Source: a virus
Lineage: Duplodnaviria; Heunggongvirae; Uroviricota; Caudoviricetes
Strand: one strand, 5' to 3'
Virus record (IMG/VR): IMGVR_UViG_3300029533_000034
DNA length: 35,372 nucleotides
Positions 18,640 through 27,721 of the stretch are shown here, in pieces. Below the pieces are notes generated by a model. It was not told the DNA's origin. It was given only the letters and a program-made list of their open reading frames with translations, and did not search any database. The first letter of the stretch is position 1; every line of letters starts with the position of its first letter. The position numbers and the translations under genes were made by a program.

Positions 18640-19653
18640 ATGGAAAATATCAAAATACACGAGAAAATTAAAGAGATAAAAGCATCCGTGTACCGCATGG
18701 CAGTCTTGCCGGAAGACGATGAGGCGTTGGAAGAAGCAGATATGCACACGCAGAAGATTATCAACCTGCTTGATGAAATTGAAAACATTCTTATGGAAAT
18801 ACCACAGACAGCGGAGGAGATGAAAAGGTGCCAATATCTGAAGCATCTGAAAGATAAGGAAATCAACTACAGTGAGCTGTGTAAGAACGATTTCAAGTTT
18901 GGCAGCGACTTAAATGTGAGGGATGCCTGTAAAATGGTCAGAGACACGATTACTTCACTTGTTCTTAATCCGCAGATGCCGAGGCTGGATAAAGTAACCG
19001 AAATGATACATGGGTTAACAAAAGACCCGGCATTCGTATCCACAATAAAAGAGCAGACACATTCAAACACGGACTGGTTCCGTACAGTGCTAACTTGTGG
19101 AAAAAGTATTTCCAGCGCATTTTTGGAATTTTCCGATGTGGTTACAGCGATTATCCCGGAGATAGCTCCGTGCATTGGTTTCGATCAAAAGAGCATATAC
19201 CACAAGCATGATGTGTATGAGCACACCCTTGCAGTTGTGGATGGCTGTCAGACGGATGATTTCTGCACTAAAATGGCAGCCTTCCTGCACGATATCGGAA
19301 AACCTTCGGTATGTACGGAAGGTGCATTCGGGCATCGGCATTTTATAGGGCATGCGGCAGCCAGTGAGGAGATTGCAAAAAAGATCCTTTGCCGCTTTGA
19401 ATTTTCTGCAGAAGAAACGAGGATCATTCTGGAACTGGTCGGATACCATGGGATGAAACTGCTGGCATCAGAAGAAAACGTAAGAGCTGTCATGGAAAAC
19501 TCGGAGGAGGGCTTCTTACAGAGGTGGTGCAAATTGCGGATTGCGGACAGGAATGACCATGTATATCCAAAAGATGCCGTTTTTGAGACGGATGTCGAGA
19601 AAATCCTTGAACTTGCACAAAACAGCCAGATAGTCTCAAAAAATAATTATTGA
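18640..19653 (+). CDS. HD-domain phosphohydrolase resembling the C-terminal half of multifunctional CCA-adding enzymes
   Basis: IIPEI...GFDQ..YHKHDVYEHTL...AAFLHDIGKP...HFIGHAAAS; no nucleotidyltransferase GGxVRD/DxD motif seen. Confidence 0.8.
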   Translation: MENIKIHEKIKEIKASVYRMAVLPEDDEALEEADMHTQKIINLLDEIENILMEIPQTAEEMKRCQYLKHLKDKEINYSELCKNDFKFGSDLNVRDACKMVRDTITSLVLNPQMPRLDKVTEMIHGLTKDPAFVSTIKEQTHSNTDWFRTVLTCGKSISSAFLEFSDVVTAIIPEIAPCIGFDQKSIYHKHDVYEHTLAVVDGCQTDDFCTKMAAFLHDIGKPSVCTEGAFGHRHFIGHAAASEEIAKKILCRFEFSAEETRIILELVGYHGMKLLASEENVRAVMENSEEGFLQRWCKLRIADRNDHVYPKDAVFETDVEKILELAQNSQIVSKNNY

Positions 19654-19678
19654 AACTAATACATTGCATATGTATAAT
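19650..19678 (+). promoter_or_regulatory. sigma70/sigmaA-type promoter
   Basis: TTGAAA-17 bp-TATAAT upstream of the 19761 gene. Confidence 0.6.
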
Positions 19679-19760
19679 AGGTTTATGTAAGAAAAACAGG
19701 GAGAATGAGAGGATGGAGTGTATCAGTTCCCTCATTGTTTTAAAGATAAGGTAGTGGCTT

Positions 19761-20453
19761 ATGGCAGGAAACACGCTCCGCAAAAAGCAGGAAATTATTA
19801 AACAGCAGGAAAAGCAGATTAAGCAATACGAAGAACTCCTTATGGCGATAAGCAAAGAAAACAGGGAAATAAGAGAAAGGGAAGATCTTTTATTTCATGA
19901 CAGCCCGGATTTTATTGAAATGACGGAACGTATCAAGTGGTTTTCAAGTCTTAATTCCTTTAATGAGAAGGCATTAGCTGGGGAAAGATCACGGAGACTA
20001 ATCTTCGATGAGGAAACCAGACAGGTTTACATTGACAACAAACGTCTCATTGAAGAAAAGACAAATGAAGAGTATTTTGTTGGTATTACGGAATATCAGC
20101 ATGGTGCAGAAGACTGGATGCAGATGAAAAAAAATATACTGAAGTTACAGGGAAAGATTGCACAGCTTAAGGAGGTTTTGGAGAACCGGGAGAATAAGAT
20201 CCAAGAACTACAGAAGGAATTAAGTATTTGCCAGAAGAATTCCGGACAGGTGCATAACGCCCGCGGAGCAGGAAGAAAAAAGATGAACAAGGAAATGCGA
20301 GATCGCCTTGCATTGTTTGATAAGCTTCTGGGTGAGGGACATCCAATGTCAGAGATCATGGGAAAAATGGGGATCAGCAAGGCAACGTATTTCCGGTACC
20401 TAAAGATTTCCAGACAGGGGGAAGAAAACCTGGGAGGCATGGGAAGTCCATGA
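19761..20453 (+). CDS. coiled-coil protein with C-terminal resolvase-type HTH
   Basis: HNARGAGRKK...EIMGKMGISKATYFRYLK. Confidence 0.7.
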   Translation: MAGNTLRKKQEIIKQQEKQIKQYEELLMAISKENREIREREDLLFHDSPDFIEMTERIKWFSSLNSFNEKALAGERSRRLIFDEETRQVYIDNKRLIEEKTNEEYFVGITEYQHGAEDWMQMKKNILKLQGKIAQLKEVLENRENKIQELQKELSICQKNSGQVHNARGAGRKKMNKEMRDRLALFDKLLGEGHPMSEIMGKMGISKATYFRYLKISRQGEENLGGMGSP

Positions 20454-21218
20454 TGTAAGCCGCTGTGTTTCTTGCAGTGGCGTCACCTGTCATATTTTTG
20501 CTACAGAAAATGACACCACTGCGGGAAGCGTTGATTTTCCCATTTACACCCGGATTGATTACGCGGGTATTTCCAAGAAATATGCCAAAAACGTTAAAAT
20601 AAAATCTGTAACTGTTGGTTGTTCAGGGAAATACACCAAAAAAGGAACGACCGTATACACCAATGGAAAAGCCGGGATCTTATTTGGATCATCAAAAAAA
20701 TCCGGGAAAATCTATAGAATACTCATCCAAAAGTATTAAAAATAACATTGTATGATGGTTGAAACTTGTGTTTAATGAAAATATTCAAAAAGACGCTTTC
20801 TGTAATGAAGGCGATGGTTGAAACAGAATATATAGAATTAATTTGCCTAAAAAGCCCATACTAAATAATAATTTATGTCTGGGTTTTCCAAGGCATAAAT
20901 TATTTGAAATTGAATGGAAAGTAATTCATGGCAAAATATTTAGATGATAGGATTATATATTGAGACAATCCTTCAAACATCGAAAATTAAAGATAAAGGT
21001 AGAGAATACAGATGGCAGATACAAATTTATTAAGTGCTGCCGACAATTATAGGTGTGGTTTCTTTTTTGGGAGCATTGCTTATTGTAATAGGGAGTGTTT
21101 TATACATTATAAGTATAATTACAAAAAGCAAACAAAAATGTAACGCCGGAAATGTTAGAAGATTTACGGATTAAAAATGGCTGGATACAAATGTGAAGAA
21201 TTGGAGGAAGTCTGAGAT

Positions 21219-21638
21219 ATGTTAGAAATGATCGAAAAAGTTATTAGAGATGGAGGAAATCTGCATATTGAACCTGCATTATACGGAGGAGATATCTTTG
21301 TCTGCATTGATTTCCCGTGTTGTTTTGGTTTAAACAATGCAACTGAGTTGTCAGACGCTACTATTGTTTACGAAGGAACAGAACTAAAAGACACCATTGT
21401 CGACATTTGCTCACCTGGAGATATACGTGCGATAGCAGTTGAAGATTTTTTAACGGATTATGCAGTCAAAGATCCGGCTTTGTTGGTTGCAAGAGCAGAA
21501 AATTTACAGACGGCATTAAACCATCTCGAAGAGCGTCTGGCAGAATGGTACCATCTGACAGATGCTCAACAGAAAACAATACTGCTCTCTTTTGCAGCGG
21601 AACGGAAAAAATACCTCGAAAATGTAGTACAATATTGA
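21219..21638 (+). CDS. hypothetical protein (139 aa)
   Basis: GGAGG upstream; plausible ORF. Confidence 0.6.
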   Translation: MLEMIEKVIRDGGNLHIEPALYGGDIFVCIDFPCCFGLNNATELSDATIVYEGTELKDTIVDICSPGDIRAIAVEDFLTDYAVKDPALLVARAENLQTALNHLEERLAEWYHLTDAQQKTILLSFAAERKKYLENVVQY

Positions 21639-21659
21639 AAACTATCATGACTTAAAGGG

Positions 21660-21914
21660 ATAGAGAAAACTGGGAACCACGTTTTGTATCGCGTAACACC
21701 GATTTTTAAGGGAAACAATCTGTTCGCATCCGGAGTCCTTATGGAAGGATATTCTGTTGAGGATAAAGGAAAAGGCATTTGTTTCTGCGTGTACGCCTAT
21801 AATGTGCAGCCAGGGGTCAAGATCGACTATAAAACTAGTGAAAGCAATTTAAAATCAACCACAAGTGGGTCATCCAATACAGAATCTGGTTTTGTATCAT
21901 TTATACGCAAATAA
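21660..21914 (+). pseudogene. C-terminal fragment of a DNA/RNA non-specific (EndA-like) endonuclease
   Basis: TGNHVLYRVTPIFKGNNLFASGVLMEGYSVEDKGKGICFCVYAYNVQPGVKIDYKT matches the family C-terminus; the catalytic N-terminal part and a start are missing. Confidence 0.7.
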
Positions 21915-22203
21915 ATCAGCTGTTTTGTATTAACAGAATGCAATATCAGCATCTTTGTATTATCTATATGCAAAGTGACAATGTACATTTAGCATTTACA
22001 CCCAGATGGGATAGTGGTATTATATATTTATATTGCGTCGCAAAATAATCATTTTACGACGCAATAATGGTGAAAATAAAAAAGGCACCGTATACACCAG
22101 TTTATTTGCCTTATTTTGGCAAAATATGCTATACCGCATATTTTCCTCAACTATACACAAAAAGTTACGATTTGGTGCGAATAAATGTGCCATGGAGGTA
22201 TTT

Positions 22204-23268
22204 ATGGACGAGAAAAACTATCAGAAGAAGCGAAATACATCTACAGGTGAGAAAATAAGCAAGACTATACAGGATCTGCCGGATTACATGATGCGTTTTG
22301 TCACGCACATGACAACCGTAAAGAATGCCAGTATCCTTACGGTGTACGAATACGTCAGGGATATCTCCATCATTTTCCAGATTATCATGGAAATCAATCC
22401 TGTTATCAAAAGTAAAAAAGATATAACCGTGGACGTTCTGGATCATCTGAATACAGATGATTTCGAAGACATTATGATGAAGTTGCAGACAGGCTACGAA
22501 AAAGGCGGGAAAATCTATATGGATGACAATCCTGCCCGGGCAAGAAAACTTGCTTCCATCCGCGCTCTGTACAAATATCTGATGGGAAAAGGCTTAATTG
22601 CGAACAACGCTGCAGCAATGTTCCCGTCCCCAAAGCTGATCACGAAGCCGATCACTTACTTAAAAGATGAGGAAATCACTCTCCTTTTAGACACCATTAA
22701 AACCGGGGGCGGGCTCACCAAGCATCAGCAAGCTTTCTCTGACAAGCAGAAAACGCGTGATATGGCAATGATTTATCTTATGCTCTCTACGGGAATCCGT
22801 ATTTCCGAATGTGTGGGGCTTGACATTCAGGATATCGACTGGGAGGAAAACAGCATCCTTGTTGTGCGGAAAGGACGAAAATATTCGAATATCTACTTTG
22901 ACGAAACTGCCGCGGAACTGCTTGGTGCCTATATGGAGGAACGTGAAGAAATGGAACTTGAAAGCGACAACAATGCCCTTTTTATTTCCCGCAACGGAAC
23001 CCGCATTACTCCACGGTCTGTGCAACGTCTGGTTAAGAAATATGCTTCGGTTGCGGTACAGAGCAAGCATATTACACCTCATAAGTTGCGGAGCACCTTT
23101 GCGACCGGTGTCTACAACTCCACAGGGGACATTTATCTGGTGCAGAACGCGCTGGGGCACAAATCAGTGAACACGACCGCGCGTTATGCGGATATCAGTG
23201 AGGAAAAGAGGAAGGAAGCTGCTTCTGCTGCAAGTGACTGGCTCCATACAGTGGCGAAACGCAAATGA
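22204..23268 (+). CDS. XerC/XerD-like tyrosine recombinase
   Basis: ARKLASIRALYKYL core-binding region; catalytic TGIRISE, RKG, HKLR, LGH and TARY; GGAGG RBS before ATG 22204. Confidence 0.92.
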   Translation: MDEKNYQKKRNTSTGEKISKTIQDLPDYMMRFVTHMTTVKNASILTVYEYVRDISIIFQIIMEINPVIKSKKDITVDVLDHLNTDDFEDIMMKLQTGYEKGGKIYMDDNPARARKLASIRALYKYLMGKGLIANNAAAMFPSPKLITKPITYLKDEEITLLLDTIKTGGGLTKHQQAFSDKQKTRDMAMIYLMLSTGIRISECVGLDIQDIDWEENSILVVRKGRKYSNIYFDETAAELLGAYMEEREEMELESDNNALFISRNGTRITPRSVQRLVKKYASVAVQSKHITPHKLRSTFATGVYNSTGDIYLVQNALGHKSVNTTARYADISEEKRKEAASAASDWLHTVAKRK

Positions 23269-23280
23269 GAAAAACACGAC

Positions 23281-23318
23281 AAAAAAAAGAGGCCGCACAC
23301 TTGCAGTCTCTTTTTTTT
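23281..23318. terminator. bidirectional terminator
   Basis: A8-GAGGCCGCA-cact-TGCAGTCTC-T8 between convergent genes. Confidence 0.7.
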
Positions 23319-23325
23319 GTTTCTC

Positions 23326-23883
23326 CTATTTTTCGAAATCAGAAAGTTCGAAGAAGAACTCTCCTTCCTTGTTTTCTTCCTTGAAGGATTCCCGTACCTT
23401 CTCTTCTGACCAGTCCGATGGGTAAGAGATTGTGCCTCCATCAGCACATACGACAAGTGCCTTGTATCCTTGTTTAAGGTTGCGCTTGTATATCTTTTCT
23501 GCACGGTAAAGCTTGAGGAAATCCTCTACGATGAAACAGATATCGTTGACAGACATCGTTTCTTTCGTAATATCCTCATCCGGAATATAAGGATGATACT
23601 TTTTGAAACGTTCGCATTTTTCCTTGTATTGCTGCGGACGTTCATTGTACAGGTTGACGACATATTCGCATGGATGATCTTTTGCGTAGGCGATGATCAA
23701 TTTTGTCATCTCTTCTTCTGCTTCTTTGGAGATGTATTCGACATTTCCAAGGGCTCCGTCTGCGTAATCTGCATAGGTACCGACCTTCTTGCCGTTAAGA
23801 TACATCGTTCCGGTACATCCTTCTCCCTCTATTCCTCTTGTTTTCTTGATGTTCTTCATTTGAAAATTTCTTAATGTTGCCAT
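23326..23883 (-). CDS. hypothetical protein
   Basis: GAAAGGAGA RBS, motif-A copy at 23916 and an upstream terminator at about 23961-23993. Confidence 0.75.
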   Translation of the reverse strand: MATLRNFQMKNIKKTRGIEGEGCTGTMYLNGKKVGTYADYADGALGNVEYISKEAEEEMTKLIIAYAKDHPCEYVVNLYNERPQQYKEKCERFKKYHPYIPDEDITKETMSVNDICFIVEDFLKLYRAEKIYKRNLKQGYKALVVCADGGTISYPSDWSEEKVRESFKEENKEGEFFFELSDFEK

Positions 23884-24002
23884 GTTTTTCTCCTTTCGAT
23901 TGAAAATGTATTTTGGCTTACATATAGAATATGAAATGAAATTTTTCCGTGGTTTATTCGAAAAAAAAGAGGAACCCTTCATGGATTCCTCTTGTCTGGT
24001 TT

Positions 24003-24278
24003 TTAAAGATCGATTTCCTGTAACTCTTCCATGGTGACTGCTGAAGCCACAACGGTGACACCTGTCACGGTGTTTCGCGGGAAACTATTTTCCTTGCAGA
24101 AATTGTTGAACAGTGATGATAAATCATGTTCATCAAAAGCCTTGATATCAAGGCTTGTTTCAATTTCTGCCTTATTTTTGTTAAGGAAATTGATGTGAAC
24201 GATCATGTACCGGTATCCCGGCACCAGTTCACATTCGTTTTCCCATCCATTCTTTTTGATATATTGCCTGATAGTCAT
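24003..24278 (-). CDS. hypothetical protein
   Basis: AAAGGAGA RBS before ATG 24278. Confidence 0.65.
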   Translation of the reverse strand: MTIRQYIKKNGWENECELVPGYRYMIVHINFLNKNKAEIETSLDIKAFDEHDLSSLFNNFCKENSFPRNTVTGVTVVASAVTMEELQEIDL

Positions 24279-24313
24279 AGTTAGTCTCCTTTTCTCATGT
24301 ATTTCCTCTGATG

Positions 24314-24784
24314 TTAAAAATTTCCCTGTTCTCGTAATGAACAATAAGTTGCATCCGCCCCTACGATGATATGATCAAACAACTCGATGGTAAGAAGTTC
24401 TGCGCCTTCTTTTACTTTCTTTGTATTTGAAATATCAATCGCGCTTGGGGTGCTGTCCCCACTTGGATGATTATGAACCAGAACGAACCCTCTAGCTCCG
24501 CTGAGAAGCAGTCTTGTAAAGATTGCTTTTTGATCCATCACTGCTGAATCCATGCTTCCATGAGCCAGCTCAAATACACCGAATGGCTTACACTTGGTAT
24601 TCATGGCAATCATCCAAAGCTTTTCTTCTGGGAGAATATCTGCATGATACAATTCTCTCATAAATTCTGCAATCTGTGAAGGATTGGTTAAACAACTATT
24701 CCCTGCATAGTTTCTCGCGGATTCTTTAACAAGATGTGGTATCCGGTCTTCGTTAAGAAGCACTTCGTAATTTGTTACTCTCAT
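24314..24784 (-). CDS. RadC-like JAB-domain protein
   Basis: E...VHNHPSGDSTPSAID...LFDHIIVG JAMM motif. Confidence 0.9.
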   Translation of the reverse strand: MRVTNYEVLLNEDRIPHLVKESARNYAGNSCLTNPSQIAEFMRELYHADILPEEKLWMIAMNTKCKPFGVFELAHGSMDSAVMDQKAIFTRLLLSGARGFVLVHNHPSGDSTPSAIDISNTKKVKEGAELLTIELFDHIIVGADATYCSLREQGNF

Positions 24785-25200
24785 GCTGCCACACCTCCCT
24801 TGATGATTCTGTCAGCCCATTCGTGAATTTTAACAAACACATCATGGTCTTTGGCAAGATCCCCGTCCAGGCAGAAAGTTTTACAGTATCTGTTTTCTCT
24901 TGGTTCTTCATTGTCTATCTGCGCATAAACAACGGACGCGCATTTGGAAGAATCGGCAGGTTTTAACGGATACAGAAGGATTTCTCTGTTGTCAGGAAGT
25001 GTGATACACTGCCCAATGAGTGCATCAAATTTTGATACAGGATGCTTTGAGATTTCTGAGGCTTTTCTCAAAATTTCATCCCCTGTTTCATATACAACAC
25101 CGTAGCCGTTATACCGGTTACAGAGGGAATCGCGGATAAATAACATCTCACCACGTACAAAAGGCTCCATATCAGACTTATATGCATTTTCTTTCATCAT
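24781..25200 (-). CDS. hypothetical protein
   Basis: GAAAGGAGA RBS and motif A at 25232; overlaps the radC start (ATGA coupling). Confidence 0.7.
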   Translation of the reverse strand: MMKENAYKSDMEPFVRGEMLFIRDSLCNRYNGYGVVYETGDEILRKASEISKHPVSKFDALIGQCITLPDNREILLYPLKPADSSKCASVVYAQIDNEEPRENRYCKTFCLDGDLAKDHDVFVKIHEWADRIIKGGVAA

Positions 25201-25350
25201 AAAATTTATCTCCTTTCGCTTTTAAAAAAATGTTTACATAGGGAATATGAAATGAAATTTTTGAACTAACAGACGCGTATTTTACCATTATGTCTACAAA
25301 AAAGAGTGGGAATAGTTGCCCCACTCTTCTTCTTTTCTCCTGTGATTTCT

Positions 25351-26439
25351 TTAAATTGCGGACAGGGTCCAGAGCTCTTCGTCGTAATCAGACAGTGAAA
25401 GGATATCCTTGATTTCATCCTGTTCTTTCTTTGTACCGTGTTCCTTTAAAAATTTCACAACATCGAGGACAGTGATATCCTCTTCCGTCTGGACGTTTTC
25501 GGAAACATATGTCTCGTCGTATAGAAGATGGTAAACGCCGTACTCATTATTGTTAGCAAAATGAGCACAGTCATCAATCGGGTTTTCCGGATTCACGTTT
25601 TCCTCGTAATATCCACAATTACCACGTCCATCTCCGTTTTCGAAACAATGCTGGCATGCCTTGCACATGGTAGGATATATGCCAGATGGGATTTCTGTCG
25701 GAGTGATGTCGTTTAAGTAAACAATGTATTCTTCCGGCGACAGCAGCGTCTTCACATATGCTTTATTCTGGTACTCTGCTCCAAGGAATTCTTCATAGCA
25801 GACATAAAGTTCACCGCCAAATCCGGTATCGCTTTCGAAATCCTCAAAGCAGTCTGATGGACAGTGATCATCCGGATATTCGTCATCACCCCAGATGCCG
25901 TCCATTATGCTGAACAGTTCTTCCAGCGAATGGCCATGCGAAATCATCCAGTCAAGCTGGTATCTTTCATATGTGGTACGGTTAATGGACTTATTGTTGT
26001 AGTAGCTTGTCCATCCAGGCATTTCATCCATGAGCTTGTTGCAGCATTTCTCAACAACAGCGGCAACCTGCTTAAAATCCGGTTTTTTATCCCAGATAAA
26101 AGCTGCGTAAGTACCGCCATTACGGAAAAGGATTTTCTCTCCGTCCCCACTGTGGAAATCGTCGCGGTCGCTGTATCCGAAAACCCTGCGAACATTACCT
26201 ACTCCGATAGGCATACTGGCAGCCTGTGAAGGGGAAAGGACGATTCCGTCATTCTTCCATTCAAAATCCGGATCATCAAACGTGATCGTGTCTCTGCCGC
26301 ACTCATTACAGAAAAAACAGGAAGCCTGAAATGCATCTTCTCTGTTTCCCCTTGTCACTTCCACGATCATCCGCCCTCCGCACTCCGGGCATGTGATTGT
26401 TGTTAGAAATTTCTTTGAAAATTCATCTTTCTTCATCAT
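25351..26439 (-). CDS. multidomain hypothetical protein with zinc-ribbon motifs
   Basis: CPECGG...CNECG and CKACQHC...C motifs; AAAGGAGA RBS; motif A at 26466. Confidence 0.75.
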   Translation of the reverse strand: MMKKDEFSKKFLTTITCPECGGRMIVEVTRGNREDAFQASCFFCNECGRDTITFDDPDFEWKNDGIVLSPSQAASMPIGVGNVRRVFGYSDRDDFHSGDGEKILFRNGGTYAAFIWDKKPDFKQVAAVVEKCCNKLMDEMPGWTSYYNNKSINRTTYERYQLDWMISHGHSLEELFSIMDGIWGDDEYPDDHCPSDCFEDFESDTGFGGELYVCYEEFLGAEYQNKAYVKTLLSPEEYIVYLNDITPTEIPSGIYPTMCKACQHCFENGDGRGNCGYYEENVNPENPIDDCAHFANNNEYGVYHLLYDETYVSENVQTEEDITVLDVVKFLKEHGTKKEQDEIKDILSLSDYDEELWTLSAI

Positions 26440-26533
26440 TTTTCTCCTTTCGTCTTTGAAAAATTGTTTACATAGGGAATATGAAACAAAAAAAAGTGCA
26501 GCATTAAGCCACACTTTTCTTCCTTTTCTTACC

Positions 26534-27469
26534 TTACCAGATGAAATCCAAAAGGGATCCTTTGGTGGTATCCCCATCCATTTCGCTGTCCATCAGCCGG
26601 CAGATTCCTGTTTCCAGTTCCCGTCCGTTGAAACTTTCGAGGAAATCCTTGTAGTTTCCTTCGTATATCCCGTTTTCTTCTTCCGTGAAGAACGCATCCA
26701 TCTTTTCTCCTTCCAGTTCCTTTTCTTCCCCGTTTTTGGTTAAGACAGGGTTTATCAGACGGACAACGGTATCGCCGTTACAGGCTTTCTGGATATGTGT
26801 GTATGCCTCAAGAAGCAGATTTTTATCCGCTTTTACAGGGAAATCGAAGAATAATGAGGTAAGCTCTGTGTCGTATTCCCGATAGTTAATGCATACCTTA
26901 TCAATGATCGAATTCTTATCTGTAAGGGCAGTTTTCCGGCAAACAGCTTTGTTCCACTTTTCAAGAATCCTGTTAAGGAATCCCATACCCTGCATCTTAT
27001 CGTTCTCAAATACTTGGTATTCCTTCGGTCGGAAGTTTCCGGTGCGGTATGGGTGCTTTGCTTCAATGGGAGCCTCTTCCTCTTTTGTCAGCTTTCTTCC
27101 AAGCTGTTCTTCCATGATGGATTTCTCTTTCTCGTATTCGTTGTAAATCTCTGAATTCCAGTCAGAAAATTCAACATTTGCAAGGCTTCCATCTGTTTTT
27201 CGGTGGTCAATACAGACCTGTGGGTCGCTGAAACGGAATGAAAATTCGATGTTGTCACCGAATGCCAGATCTTTTGGTGCATCGGGTTTAAACCATCTGA
27301 TTGCCTTGGTACATTCCCCGTAGGTTTCTTCAAGATATCGGGTGAAACTTTCTCCCCAGATGCCTTTCTGACGGTCTTCTCCTATCTTCATCTCGGTATA
27401 GCCCATTTCCTGTGCAATCTCTGCAGCAATCTGCTGTAATGTTTTAATTGTATCCTGTCTGTTCATCAT
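26534..27469 (-). CDS. hypothetical protein (311 aa)
   Basis: Long ORF with GAGAGG RBS, preceded by the structured leader. Confidence 0.75.
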   Translation of the reverse strand: MMNRQDTIKTLQQIAAEIAQEMGYTEMKIGEDRQKGIWGESFTRYLEETYGECTKAIRWFKPDAPKDLAFGDNIEFSFRFSDPQVCIDHRKTDGSLANVEFSDWNSEIYNEYEKEKSIMEEQLGRKLTKEEEAPIEAKHPYRTGNFRPKEYQVFENDKMQGMGFLNRILEKWNKAVCRKTALTDKNSIIDKVCINYREYDTELTSLFFDFPVKADKNLLLEAYTHIQKACNGDTVVRLINPVLTKNGEEKELEGEKMDAFFTEEENGIYEGNYKDFLESFNGRELETGICRLMDSEMDGDTTKGSLLDFIW

Positions 27470-27485
27470 ATTTTCCTCTCTTTCT

Positions 27486-27566
27486 CCCGGTTACATACCG
27501 GGTAAACAAAGAGGCTCCCCTTTGCACGGGAACCTCAATTTTTAGTTCCCGGTGCATCGGGATAAT
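27486..27566 (-). promoter_or_regulatory. structured leader / attenuator-like element, copy 1
   Basis: Three hairpins including a terminator; near-identical to 30973-31050. Confidence 0.65.
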
Positions 27567-27721
27567 TACATATTTAAGAAATCCATTCGCCTCCAATAAT
27601 GTCACATTCTGATAAATTCATGTGTTTATTTTCCGGCACTTCAATTTCTACTGTCTTATAGTGGCGTTCAAAGTTATCCTCTGAAACCTGTTCTGTTACA
27701 GCAAGAATCAGTCTCGCTTTT

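Noticed and set aside
20540..21200. Gene remnants in the AT-rich stretch
   Set aside because: Only short open fragments without starts or recognisable motifs.
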